DNA of 64,000 bases, from NCBI GenBank assembly GCA_949358305.1, contig OX442314.1, positions 3,286,001 to 3,350,000 of the forward strand, in the 5' to 3' direction. Shown piece after piece: positions 20,101 through 29,765 of this stretch; positions within the stretch are counted from its first letter, which is position 1; each line of letters opens with the position of its first letter. The notes below the pieces were generated by a model, which was given only the letters and a program-made list of their open reading frames with translations, searched no databases and was not told the origin of the DNA. Origin of the DNA: Strigamia acuminata (taxonomy: Eukaryota). The position numbers and the translations under genes are program-made.

Positions 20101-22144
20101 CGATATTGCTGACTTTGATGACCAAGCCATTCTTCCAAGAACATCTGATTTCACTGGGACATCTGCAGAACAGTCTCCTCGCCAATCACCGCCTGGTTCT
20201 CCAGCTAGATACATCACATATCGCCGGAAAACCCGTGGAGCAGATCTTTCTCACACAGTGTCGGTATTTGACGATACTCCAATGTCTCCTGCTCCAATTC
20301 AGCACATAGTCGGGACAGAAGTCTTGCCTGCTACGGATCGCCATACTGCATATATTTGGCGACCCATTGGGGGAGATTCCGAGTGCAGTGACTGGAGACG
20401 CGAGGAACACCTCCGGAAGGATCAAGTCCCGGGATCGATTAAAACGGACGTTTACTACTTTCCGATGCCCGGCATTCGACTTAGATCTCAGAGAGATGTT
20501 GAGGAATATTGTATGCTCAACAATATCGATTATGAGCCAGAACTGTTTATTTGGAGCAACATTGAGTATACATTGCCGACTATTCCGGGTGTTCGTCATG
20601 CCGCTCATCTCTGTAGAACGGAACCAGCTTCCTACGCTGAAATCCCGAAATTCTCCGACGCTCCGAAATGGCGCGAAGCCATTAAGGAAGAGCTCGACAC
20701 ATTTACCGAAAGAGAAGTTTATCTCGAAGTTCCAAGGCCACCGGACACTACGATTCTTGGCTGCAAATGGCTTTTTAAGCTGAAGACCGATGCAGCAGGG
20801 ACGATCACCAGATATCGAGCTCGTTTAGTCGCCCAGGGTTTTCGTCAAACTCTCGGAGTCGACTACGATGAAGTTTTTAGTCCGGTGGTGAATTTCGTCT
20901 TAATCCGTTTATTCTTCTGTCTTCTCGTCGTGTTGCGTGGTTGGAAGGATGCACACTTAGATGTGAAATGTGCGTACCTGTATGGTGAACTTAAACATAA
21001 AGTCTACATGCGGATCCCTGCAGGTGCCACATGTTCCAACCCCAACAATGTGTGGCTCCTCATCAAGTCACTATACGGACTCCACCAGTCGGGAAGACAG
21101 TGGTTCGAAAAATTGGACGAAACGCTTCGAGACCTCGGATTCCGAAGAATGCCCGCGTGTAATTGTGTTTACGTCTTCGGAAATTCCGCTATCATGTTAG
21201 TCTATGTGGACGATATTATTTTATTCTACGCATCCGACAGTGTTTTCGACCAATTGATCCGACTCATCAGTTCGAAATTCCAAATCGTCAATCTCGGTCC
21301 GATTACGAAATTGTTAGGTGTCGAGTTTATCCGTGATATGGGACGCACATTCATTTCCCAACGTGCTTATATTGCGAAGATTATCAAAAAGTTCGGTACC
21401 TCGACCAACAAGCTCGTGAAAGTTCCCGTGACACCCGGGACGACACTCGTCAGAGGATCGACCGAGAATTTGGAAGATTTCCCATACCGCTCGCTGATCG
21501 GATCACTGTTATTTTTGGCTTCAAGGACACGCCCCGACATCCTTTACTCCGTTATTCACTTATCGCAGTATAATACCTGTTACAATAAGACCCACATTCG
21601 AGCATTACTTCAAGTCTTGCAGTACGTGGCAAACACCGCAGACTTTTGTATCGAACTATCGGGCTGTACATCTTCACAATTGTGGGCTTACACCGACGCT
21701 TCGTGGGCATGCGATCCGGAGACATCATTGAGTTTCGGCGGCTATATTACTTTCATCGGCAACATTCCAATCGGCTGGTCCTGTCGTAAACAGTCGACCG
21801 TGGCATGCTCAACAATGGAAGCAGAATTTATCGCCCTTGTTGAGTGTGTCAAGGAGCTTTACTGGTTGGACCACGTTTATCTTCAGTTTCCGATCCTCAA
21901 CCGATTATCGCGACCCGTCATTTATTCCGACGCTCTCTCGGCCATACAGTTTACTTCCAACGATGTCGAAACTTCAAAAACTCGACATATTCGTGTACGA
22001 TATCACTGGCTCAGGGAGTGGTATACGGCGGGACGTTTCGAACTCCGAAAAGTGCCCGGCGACCTGAACGTCGCCGACATCTTCACGAAGTGGCTCGGAT
22101 CGGAACGTTTACAATCGTTGATTTCTCGGATTTTCCGATTGTAA
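17186..22144 (+). CDS. Copia E polyprotein (gag, protease, integrase, MBD-like, RT, RNase H)
   Basis: First ATG 17186; CFNCDQMGHYANKC, VDCGATDH, WHSRLGH..CNDC, intact D-D-E (LHMDLW, RSDRGGEF, AERINR), VYVDD, YTDASW. Confidence 0.96.
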   Translation: MHKSGDSSSKIPVLGVGNYEQWQRSMRMLLKSEGLWRHVTEEKEVEHLATLTEKEKDRYMTKKDKALGHIYIQVSEPKRSVLDTCNTPKEAWDALAKIYAPSSRARRAAMRWEFLNLQIGPNEDMPDFIARVDHYVRQLKDVKEETSPDHHAYQYLKGLPPEYAQATFAIYHWPDDKFTPTLVAEQLISEQSRLRSAGLLRTTPPTAHASAKGQFRQRNKSGARDLSTIRCFNCDQMGHYANKCPHPRRENPNPNQSTASVQRSSRSKSRRRNKTAVAKVEDTRPRGSSRPIRKGTFFCSAPQVVERPVAHFMQSNEWIVDCGATDHVTHVRALFTDFTNIPPFDIELGQGKSQVTGRGTVQLLTSVDDADCVLDLTNVLYAPNFEANLISVSKIDKTRHHIHIFNGEVNVYESDYRLPIIRAKERGGLYYLDGLCSVPISSTTVSTATPPVIQPVKTLVTTEVDFDNVPKPAKGKQKQREITDYRFELPAVESVKAIPTQPIPNLTDPTHFPVLTPVSSPVIVNPTTQSYSNALQFLPTSPPPGNLPPSQKKVIANPASVKDATGLWHSRLGHLHTNAMKLLAANDQVYGLQPAEVRQELSCNDCRIAKSTRASHKPDPNPCTSKPLDLLHMDLWGPAPLTSLGGSDYVFTIIDDATRYTWIIPLAQKSQTFGAFKDFVARVERIQNTRVKAIRSDRGGEFMSNEFLNYLKEKGIQGQRTNPASPQMNGTAERINRTMADSVRSLISETQLPDDLWAELAVTFAYVKNRSPHSRLNNQIPYILWRQRALSLRHLRKMGSKCWVHYTAPGRKKLDPRAWEGYLVGYATGTRGYRVWNPVEDRVYETVHVKIDERQSYRKSLRGASQRPEETFSDVGQQSVSFNDNVQFHDWPRGSDSEHSDHSDDDSDNGGASHASGVSTSHSVHTPVIQLPPPTTPEQLLLDACALQLPSSASLGHSQSYPILYQEGDTDDDIADFDDQAILPRTSDFTGTSAEQSPRQSPPGSPARYITYRRKTRGADLSHTVSVFDDTPMSPAPIQHIVGTEVLPATDRHTAYIWRPIGGDSECSDWRREEHLRKDQVPGSIKTDVYYFPMPGIRLRSQRDVEEYCMLNNIDYEPELFIWSNIEYTLPTIPGVRHAAHLCRTEPASYAEIPKFSDAPKWREAIKEELDTFTEREVYLEVPRPPDTTILGCKWLFKLKTDAAGTITRYRARLVAQGFRQTLGVDYDEVFSPVVNFVLIRLFFCLLVVLRGWKDAHLDVKCAYLYGELKHKVYMRIPAGATCSNPNNVWLLIKSLYGLHQSGRQWFEKLDETLRDLGFRRMPACNCVYVFGNSAIMLVYVDDIILFYASDSVFDQLIRLISSKFQIVNLGPITKLLGVEFIRDMGRTFISQRAYIAKIIKKFGTSTNKLVKVPVTPGTTLVRGSTENLEDFPYRSLIGSLLFLASRTRPDILYSVIHLSQYNTCYNKTHIRALLQVLQYVANTADFCIELSGCTSSQLWAYTDASWACDPETSLSFGGYITFIGNIPIGWSCRKQSTVACSTMEAEFIALVECVKELYWLDHVYLQFPILNRLSRPVIYSDALSAIQFTSNDVETSKTRHIRVRYHWLREWYTAGRFELRKVPGDLNVADIFTKWLGSERLQSLISRIFRL
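20387..20560 (+). other. MBD-like domain in Copia E
   Basis: SDWRREEHLRKDQVPGSIKTDVYYFPMPGIRLRSQRDVEEYC immediately before the RT start (EPASYAE). Confidence 0.85.
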
Positions 22145-22353
22145 CTTTATCGTGACATTCTTAATTTATTTTTTTCCCGATTGCGAGGATCATCGAGTTT
22201 CAGAGGGAATATTCGGGCTTCCGCAGAGTTTTTCAATGATAGTACCCGGCTCGGTGATTCGACATTATTATTTCCCTTTTGATTAATGTTTATACTATAA
22301 TTCTAGTACCCGATTGTATCTTTCCCCGAACATTTAAGATCGAAGGGGGGATT

Positions 22354-22914
22354 TGTTGGTCCTAAGACCAAATTTGTTGTCGATATCAAATGTTTATATA
22401 CTATATGTTTTGTGTTCAAACACATTGTATTGATATTTGATCATTTATTTACTGTTTTCTCTATTTGGATTTATTTTCTGCTGTCCAGTATGTAATTCCA
22501 TACTTTGCTTATGTTTTACTTAGATGATTTGTTCTTTAATTTAAAACTTAATGTTAATAACTGTCACCAGAGTGCTGTGACACTCTTACCCCGAATCCAA
22601 GATGGCAGCGCACACAGGTGTGTGCACTTTCACATCTTTCACCTTTGGAAATCCATTTATGTAAGATATGGTTTACTTTTCATTAAACTTTTATGTTTTT
22701 AAGTGTTTACCTTCACTTTAGAGCACCTTCAGTGCTATTTAAGCGCATATAAGCGACCACAAGTCACGCACTCGCTCGAACCGCATCACGCGCTCGCTCG
22801 AATCGCATCACGCGATTCTGTTATCGGAATTAACCGTCGCGCATTTGCGACGAGCTTTATTTCACGCTTCCACATCGGTTCATTTGCCGATTATTTGCGC
22901 ACCACTCACCTACA
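22354..22914 (+). repeat. Copia E 3' LTR
   Basis: Direct repeat of 15739-16299. Confidence 0.97.
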
Positions 22915-22919
22915 GTTCA

Positions 22920-23123
22920 GACCGAGGGAAGGGATGCGAGACGAATCAGGAATTTCAAGAATCGAGCCAAAGATCACTGCAGCAAAGCCGCGAGCGCTCG
23001 TGATCGACGAAAACAAAGTGGTACCAGCCCACTCGATAAGTTTGGTGACGGTACGAGCGAAGAGTCAGTCAGACGGATTGTTTTACGTAGAAAACAAGCA
23101 CGCGGTGACGGATCGGTTGGAAG
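22920..23123 (+). pseudogene. Gypsy F pol fragment 2 (PR-RT linker)
   Basis: Short stretch between the TSD of E and the TSD of D, same purine/CpG-rich composition as F. Confidence 0.8.
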
Positions 23124-23428
23124 TGTTGAAATTGCTTGTATACTTGTGTTAATTGCATAGTTCTGCAGCAATGGTGTGGAAAATGTCCAAAGTAAAAACA
23201 CAGGTGTTTATAGGTATGAAATCAAACATAGAGTGAGTTTTATTTCTCAAGTCACATGACATGCCCATAGGTATACAACACCATCTTATGGGAATAAAAG
23301 CAAACACACTTGTAAATAGAGCAGCGGCTATTTGTTTAGCCAAATGCAAAAGATAACAAAAGGTCACGATAAATATACAAAGTGTCACAGCTTGACAATA
23401 CGATACATCAGCACACAATATCTCAACA
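23124..23428 (-). repeat. Copia D 3' LTR
   Basis: Direct repeat of 28696-29000. Confidence 0.96.
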
Positions 23429-23446
23429 ATCGGCCCCCTCGTATTA

Positions 23447-26400
23447 TCAAGCGCTCAATACATTCATATCAACCAGAAAACGATTACAGAAATACACCAA
23501 ATCGGTTTTATCCACGGATTTTGTGAAAATATCCGCAAGGTTGCACTTAGTGCCCACGTGTGTAATCTGAAGGTTATCTCTTCTTACTAGCTCCCGAATG
23601 AAGTGATATCGCACGTCGATATGCTTCGTTTTGCGATTCTCGACGTTTGACTTTGTAAAATCAACTGTCGATATGTTATCGCATAACACATGGTGATTGA
23701 ATTTATCCGCTAATTTGGGAACAATTTCGTACAGCACTCTTAGAATCCATATGTAGTCTTTTACTGTTTCAGTAAGAGCTACATATTCTGCCTCCATGGT
23801 TGATAAAGTGACGTTTCGTTGTTTGAACGTTCTCCAATATACGGGTGAATTTCCGAGCAACACAATAGTTCCTCCAACAGAAATACGATCATCTCTGTTG
23901 TTTGCATAGTCGGAATCGCTGTAGCCAACGACCTCGACACGATCATTTGGGAAGAGCATCAATCCAAGGCTCTTTGTTGTCCTGAGGTAACTAAGCAAAT
24001 CCAGCAATGCGATCCAATGGTCCCATCCTGGATTGGACTGAAATTGGCTAAGGATGTTGATGGCATAGGTTAAATCGGGCCTGGTTCTTGATTCAATAAA
24101 TGCCAAACATCCCAGTAGATTCCGGTAGGAAATTTTCTCCATAATCCTAAAGTCTTCGATCGTGTTGGGACATTGTTGTTTGGTGAGAATGGTAGATTTT
24201 ACCATTGGCTGCGATCGAATCTTCACTAACTTCAAGTGGTCGTCGAATCTCAACAAGACTTTATTGATGTAGGTCTTTTGATGTAACACCATCTGCTCTC
24301 TATATGAGGGAAATTCGACGCCTAACAATTTTTTTGTCTGTCCAAGAATGACCAAATCGAATTGTGTTTTGACCATGTTTAACACATTCATGGCATCTTC
24401 ATATTGCTTTCCAAAAACTACAATATCGTCCACGTAGACTATTAAATATGCGATGTTTCCATATTTATAGACGCAGTTACACCAATTTACGTGTTGCAGT
24501 CCGAGTCCAAGCAAAGTGTCCTCCAATTCAATTCCCCATTCACGTCCTGACTGGTGCAGACCGTAAATTGCACGAAGAAGTTTACAGACGTAATTCTCCT
24601 TGCCTTGGCAAACGAAACCCTTTGGCTGGCGCATATAAACAGTTTTGTGCAACTTCGCGTAGAGGTAAGCACACTTCACGTCGGCTTGGATGTAACTCCA
24701 CTTCAACATGCAGACAAGCAACGTGAACATAAATCGAACGATAGAGAAGTCGACTACTGGTGAAAATGTTTCTTCGTACGACTCGCCGTAGACTTGTGAG
24801 AAGCCTTGCGCGACAAGTCTCGCTTTGTAGCGTGCGATTTTCCCCTCATCGTTCTGTTTGGTGGTGTATATCCACTTGCAGCCAATTATCTTGGTGTCTG
24901 GCGGCGGTGGAACCAACTCCCATACCTCACGCTCGTGCATCGTATCAATCTCGTCGCACATCGCTTGATCCCACTGTTGTTTTTCAGGTGCATTGGCGAC
25001 TTGTTCAAAGCGCGTTGGTATAAATACTTCGAGATGATTCGCTTCCAAGTCAACGTCAATGTCATCCGCAGTTACATTCGACTCGAAAGGCTTCTTTTTC
25101 CTTTTGTCGTCAAAAAGGTGTTCCGGAATGCGAAGATTGTGCTCCACACAATAGCGTTTGACCTCCGGAATTGAACGCAGTCTTGGTTTGTCGTATCCCT
25201 CAATTGTATATTCAATGTCCTTCTGCCCTGTTGGTCTCGCCTTCTCGGTCTTTTTCCATACGAGAGCTGGTATGGTCGGAATTGGGTTTGGAAAAACCTG
25301 TCCAGGTTGTTGCAAAATGTTTGGTTGCTGCACTGCTGGTAAGTTGTGTTGCAATGCATCTTCGGGCAGTCTAAACTTCAACCTAAGTGGAGGTAACTCT
25401 TCTCCTTCTTTCTTCTTGATAGGTTGTGGCGGGGGTAGCGGTGGCCTCACATCCTCGTCGGAGTAATATTGACGGTCATTATCGTTGTCCAGATTATCAT
25501 TGAGATTGTCAATGTATGTCGTATATCTCTCCGGTAGGCCCAGCACGCCTTCAACTCCGCGCCTGCTCTCAACGAATTTAACGTCACTGGTCTCAATAAC
25601 TTTTGAAAAATCAGGTAACCAGACTCTGTATCCCTTTGTAATTCTGGAATATCCTAACATAATTCCATGCAGTCCTTTGTTATCGATTTTTCCATCACGT
25701 ACTCGCTTTTGCACAAAACACAGACTTCCAAATTTTCGTAAATGCCGAAGTGATGGTTTGCGGCCATAATATAACTCCATTGGTGTTTTGTCTGAGTTTA
25801 ACTTCGCTATCCTATTCCTGAGGTAGTTGAAAGTTAAAATTGCCTCGCCCCAAAAGCGATGTTCCAGTTGTGCGTCATAAATGAGCGCTCGCATGCCGTT
25901 TGCTAGTGTCTGATTCAATCTTTCAGATACGCCGTTTTGGGCGGGCGTGTACGCATTTGTCCGTTCATGAGCGATCCCTTGTTGGTCAAGATACTCTCCA
26001 AATTTATTGGAGCAAAACTCCATCCCATTGTCCGTGCGGATGGCCAGGATTGATTTTCCCAGTAGTCTCTCAATCCGTTTTGCGTGTTTTTGAAAAATGC
26101 CGAACACTTCATCCTTCTGTTTCATCAGGTAAACCGTGGAATAACGGGAAAAATCATCCGTAATGGTCAGGAAATATCTATTTCCTGAAAGTGTTGGCGT
26201 TGAAAAAGCCCCGCATACATTCATGTGCAAAAGTTCCAACGGTTGCTTCGACCTAATTCCTGGTAAAGATTTATGAGAGATGGCCTTTTTCTTCGCCAGC
26301 GTGCAAACGTCACACTGCGTGATTGGCACGTCCAAAATCGGTAGTCCAACTACTGCATCCCGCTTGCTCATTTCTTGCACGCTTGGGAAGTGGATGTGTC

Positions 26401-27910
26401 CAAGTCTCTCATGCCATAATCTAGCTTCTTCTGGATTGGATGCCTTTTTGGTCGAGCTACTTGGTTCTTGTGTTTGTTGTGTTTGTTGTTCTCCAGTACT
26501 CGCCTTGTTGCTTTCTTTCAACTTCAATTTTTCAATGTCTGGTTTCGAATCACTTGTTTTGACATAATAAAGTCTGTCCTTCTTAACTGCTTCCATCAAT
26601 TGTCGTTTCCATTGTGGATCGTAGATTTTCACTACTCCTGAGCCAATTGCCACTTTGCATCTGGCTTCGTCGATGCAAGGTCCCGACAATAGATTTCTTC
26701 TCAAATCCGGCGCATAATATACCTTTTTCAATGTGATTGGAATTGTGTCATTTCCCACCACACACATTACACACACATCTCCTACTCCTTGGATTTGTAT
26801 CAAAGTCTTTTTATCTGCTTGGCTAATGGTGCCTTTCATTTCTTGGAAATTTACGAATTGATTCCTATCCTTACAGAAATGCCCAGTGGCCCCGGTATCA
26901 TAGATCCAACAACTGCTGGTTGCGCCGCACTGCAGCATTTCCTCTTCACTCAATTCGGTAAGGAAGCCAACATTCATCATCTCCGTGTCCAATTCTTCGA
27001 CAGTATTCGTGTTCTGGCTATTAGCTGGTGTGAGTTGGACTGTGCAATCCCTCGCCCAGTGTCCTGGCTGATTGCATCGGAAACACGGCCCCCGTGGTGA
27101 TGATCCGGTGGTGTTTCCTCGAAAATTTCTTGTGTTTTTGTTTCCACGATAATTCGATCGTCCAGCTCTTTGTCCTCCTCCAAACCCACGATTATTCTGG
27201 CTACTGTTCCCTTGTTGCTGTTGTTGCTGGAACTTTGGTGTGTTTTTGTTACTCTTCGTGTTGGAGTTGTTTGGCCCCATGCTGAAGGCATCGATAACTG
27301 ACCCCTGGCCAGAATCCCGCCTCTGTTGCGCAAGTCTGCTTTCTTCGGCCACTAACTCCACTTCCACCTTTTCCAGTGTAAAGTCTTTGTCATCCCATCT
27401 GTATATGCTCTGCACAATCGATTGAAACTCCTGTGGCAAATAACGAATCAACTGGAAGGCTTTATACAGATTGTCCAACTCGTGTTTAACGTCCGCTAAT
27501 TTCTTCGCGGCATTCCTAATTTTAGCGGCAAAAATCCCAATTGTTTCTGTGGTTGGATCATACTTAAGGCTGAAAAATTCATCCAATAGACGGATTATGC
27601 GTGCTCTGGATACCGGCTCAAAATTCGTTTTCAAGGTGATCCACGCCGTCTTGGCATCTTCAATCCCGTTGAGCAGCTCGTGGTACTGCTCCTCGATTGA
27701 ATAGTAAATCAAACTAAAAGCTCTTCCTTTTCGCAGCTGATAGTCGGATCGATCTCGCCATGACGCTCCAGGTGCTAGTGCTTCCTCTGTTCCATCTGTG
27801 AACGCCCAACAACCGTGGTGCATCAACAGAACCTTAATCTGTTGCTTCCAGCCGTCATAATTTGTGCGGTTCAACAACGTGACTTTTCTGTCCAATTTGT
27901 CCGAATCCAT
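23447..27910 (-). CDS. Copia D polyprotein, 1487 aa
   Basis: CFRCNQPGHWARDC, YDTGATGH, WHERLGH..CDVC, VYVDD, YSDSDY; first integrase Asp reads Asn (LHMNVCG). Confidence 0.94.
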   Translation of the reverse strand: MDSDKLDRKVTLLNRTNYDGWKQQIKVLLMHHGCWAFTDGTEEALAPGASWRDRSDYQLRKGRAFSLIYYSIEEQYHELLNGIEDAKTAWITLKTNFEPVSRARIIRLLDEFFSLKYDPTTETIGIFAAKIRNAAKKLADVKHELDNLYKAFQLIRYLPQEFQSIVQSIYRWDDKDFTLEKVEVELVAEESRLAQQRRDSGQGSVIDAFSMGPNNSNTKSNKNTPKFQQQQQQGNSSQNNRGFGGGQRAGRSNYRGNKNTRNFRGNTTGSSPRGPCFRCNQPGHWARDCTVQLTPANSQNTNTVEELDTEMMNVGFLTELSEEEMLQCGATSSCWIYDTGATGHFCKDRNQFVNFQEMKGTISQADKKTLIQIQGVGDVCVMCVVGNDTIPITLKKVYYAPDLRRNLLSGPCIDEARCKVAIGSGVVKIYDPQWKRQLMEAVKKDRLYYVKTSDSKPDIEKLKLKESNKASTGEQQTQQTQEPSSSTKKASNPEEARLWHERLGHIHFPSVQEMSKRDAVVGLPILDVPITQCDVCTLAKKKAISHKSLPGIRSKQPLELLHMNVCGAFSTPTLSGNRYFLTITDDFSRYSTVYLMKQKDEVFGIFQKHAKRIERLLGKSILAIRTDNGMEFCSNKFGEYLDQQGIAHERTNAYTPAQNGVSERLNQTLANGMRALIYDAQLEHRFWGEAILTFNYLRNRIAKLNSDKTPMELYYGRKPSLRHLRKFGSLCFVQKRVRDGKIDNKGLHGIMLGYSRITKGYRVWLPDFSKVIETSDVKFVESRRGVEGVLGLPERYTTYIDNLNDNLDNDNDRQYYSDEDVRPPLPPPQPIKKKEGEELPPLRLKFRLPEDALQHNLPAVQQPNILQQPGQVFPNPIPTIPALVWKKTEKARPTGQKDIEYTIEGYDKPRLRSIPEVKRYCVEHNLRIPEHLFDDKRKKKPFESNVTADDIDVDLEANHLEVFIPTRFEQVANAPEKQQWDQAMCDEIDTMHEREVWELVPPPPDTKIIGCKWIYTTKQNDEGKIARYKARLVAQGFSQVYGESYEETFSPVVDFSIVRFMFTLLVCMLKWSYIQADVKCAYLYAKLHKTVYMRQPKGFVCQGKENYVCKLLRAIYGLHQSGREWGIELEDTLLGLGLQHVNWCNCVYKYGNIAYLIVYVDDIVVFGKQYEDAMNVLNMVKTQFDLVILGQTKKLLGVEFPSYREQMVLHQKTYINKVLLRFDDHLKLVKIRSQPMVKSTILTKQQCPNTIEDFRIMEKISYRNLLGCLAFIESRTRPDLTYAINILSQFQSNPGWDHWIALLDLLSYLRTTKSLGLMLFPNDRVEVVGYSDSDYANNRDDRISVGGTIVLLGNSPVYWRTFKQRNVTLSTMEAEYVALTETVKDYIWILRVLYEIVPKLADKFNHHVLCDNISTVDFTKSNVENRKTKHIDVRYHFIRELVRRDNLQITHVGTKCNLADIFTKSVDKTDLVYFCNRFLVDMNVLSA
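25148..25258 (-). other. Divergent MBD-like domain in Copia D
   Basis: WKKTEKARPTGQKDIEYTIEGYDKPRLRSIPEVKRYC at the same position as in A, B, E, G; keeps W, R, D, RLRS and the EV..YC helix. Confidence 0.65.
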
Positions 27911-28683
27911 CCTGATTTACGATAGTAAACGACTCGAACTTGGTTTCACACACGGCCCGAACACTTGTTTCCCCCAAAAAACACTTTCTGTACTGGTAAA
28001 TCGCAACTAGGTGCAGTGTTGCGAGGTTAGTTCGCTCTTAAACTAAGTTAGTAAATCCTGTTACAACACTAAGCTAACAATATATCGAAAATTCAACAAA
28101 AATTCAGTAAAATGTTCGAAAGTGGTGTTTTCCTGACGTTGTCTAGCTGTAGTTCTAGTTGAATTACACTTCCCGTGTATTTTGCAGCTCAAAATTGTCT
28201 TTTCTCGTTGATTCTCTCGTCTTGTGTCGATTCCGCAAATTGTTCATTAAATTCCAGGTCGTTCCCGTGAAAATCCTTTTCCTCCGCTTGTATTATCCTG
28301 GATTCCCGTTCACACTTCGCGTGTGGTTGATGGGAATTTGCGCCGTCGTATAATCCACGTCGAGACGTTTTTTTTTAACCCAAAAATAACGACACGTCGT
28401 CGTTACGTATCGGCGCTTTCCACTCCCGAAATAAATTCCCGAAAACAGGAATAAACAAAAGAAAGAATTAATAATTGTATATAGTTCGAACCAATTATTG
28501 TTCCTGTGCTCCGTGGCGTCTAGTTGTCGCCTCCAAAGTCGTGGAATCCAGGCACAAACACAAATTGATGACATCCATCATGGGCGCCGCCATTTTGGAT
28601 GAAAATGAGGAAATTTTCCCTGCTGGCCTCAAATGACTCAAACTGCTCCAAAATCACACTGGACACTTTCCCTGCTTTATGTA

Positions 28684-28694
28684 GGCCCATAACC
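28684..28694 (-). promoter_or_regulatory. PBS of Copia D (internal/half tRNA-iMet type)
   Basis: GGTTATGGGCC is complementary to the anticodon arm GGCCCATAACC of tRNA-iMet, as in Drosophila copia. Confidence 0.85.
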
Positions 28695-28695
28695 T

Positions 28696-29000
28696 TGTTG
28701 AAATTGCTTGTATACTTGTGTTAATTGCATATTTCTGCAGCAATGGTGTGGAAAATGTCCAAAGTAAAAACACAGGTGTTTACAGGTATGAAATCAAACA
28801 TAGAGTGAGTTTTATTTCTCAAGTCACATGACATGCCCATAGGTATACAACGCCACCTTATGGGAATAAAAGCAAACACACTTGTAAATAGAGCAGCGGC
28901 TATTTGTTTAGCCAAATGCAAAAGATAACAAAAGGTCACGATAAATATACAAAGTGTCACAGCTTGACAATACGATACATCAGCACACAATATCTCAACA
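28696..29000 (-). repeat. Copia D 5' LTR
   Basis: Direct repeat of 23124-23428. Confidence 0.96.
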
Positions 29001-29005
29001 GGAAG

Positions 29006-29765
29006 TACCGGAAGGCCTGATCGAAGTGAAGAACGAGCGGGCAACGATGCCGATAATCAACAACGGACCAGAAGAAGTACGAGTCACACGAGGTCGAAAG
29101 CTTGGGCATGTTGAAATCACCGAAGAAGAACCGTCGTTGCACCAGGTACAAGTCAAGAAAGTCGCGACGATCGAGGCAAGTTCGAGGATGCGAATAACGG
29201 CCGACGAAATTAATTTGGGCAAGTCAGTGACGCCGGAAGAAAAGGAGATCGTACTGACGATGATTAACGACGAATTTCGAGACTGTTTCGCAACGAATTT
29301 GGAGGAGGTCGGATGTTTTCCAGATCTCAAGATGGATATCGAAGTTACGACGACGAGGCCAACGAATTTGCGGCGATACCAGTATTCAGCAGCGCAGCAA
29401 AAAGAGATTGACAAGATGGTCGCCGAGTTGGAAGGAGCAGGATTCGTGACGCGATCAAAGAGTCCATTCAACAGTCCGATCGTGATGGTGCGCAAGAAAA
29501 CCGGCGAATGGAGAATTTGTATTGATTTCAGATCGCTCAACGAAATAACGGTGAAGGAACACTTTCCGTGCCCCAGGATGGATGAGTTACTCGACGGGAC
29601 GCACGAATGGAGAGTCTTCCTAGTGTTCGATTTGGCGTCGGGTTACTACCAGATCGAATTGACGGCTGAAGCGCAAGAGAAGACAGCATTTTCGACAATG
29701 AACGGCAAATATCAGTTTGTGCGGATGCCGTTTGGGTTGATAAACGCGCCGTTTGTTTTCAATCG
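29006..29765 (+). pseudogene. Gypsy F pol fragment 3 (RT N-terminal half)
   Basis: SPFNSPIVMVRKKTGEWRICIDFRSLN, DLASGYYQI, KTAF, MPFGLINAP; cut by element I. Confidence 0.93.

Larger units (their letters stand above)
15739..22914 (+). mobile_element. Full-length, apparently intact Copia E (MBD-bearing)
   Basis: 561-bp LTRs with no mismatch noticed, TSD GTTCA (15734-15738 / 22915-22919), PBS TGGTAGCAGAGG 16301-16312 (tRNA-iMet), PPT 22342-22351. Confidence 0.97.
23124..29000 (-). mobile_element. Full-length Copia D (divergent MBD-like domain)
   Basis: 305-bp LTRs (about 4 mismatches), TSD GGAAG (23119-23123 / 29001-29005), PBS GGTTATGGGCC, PPT GAGGGGGCCG (23431-23440). Confidence 0.96.
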
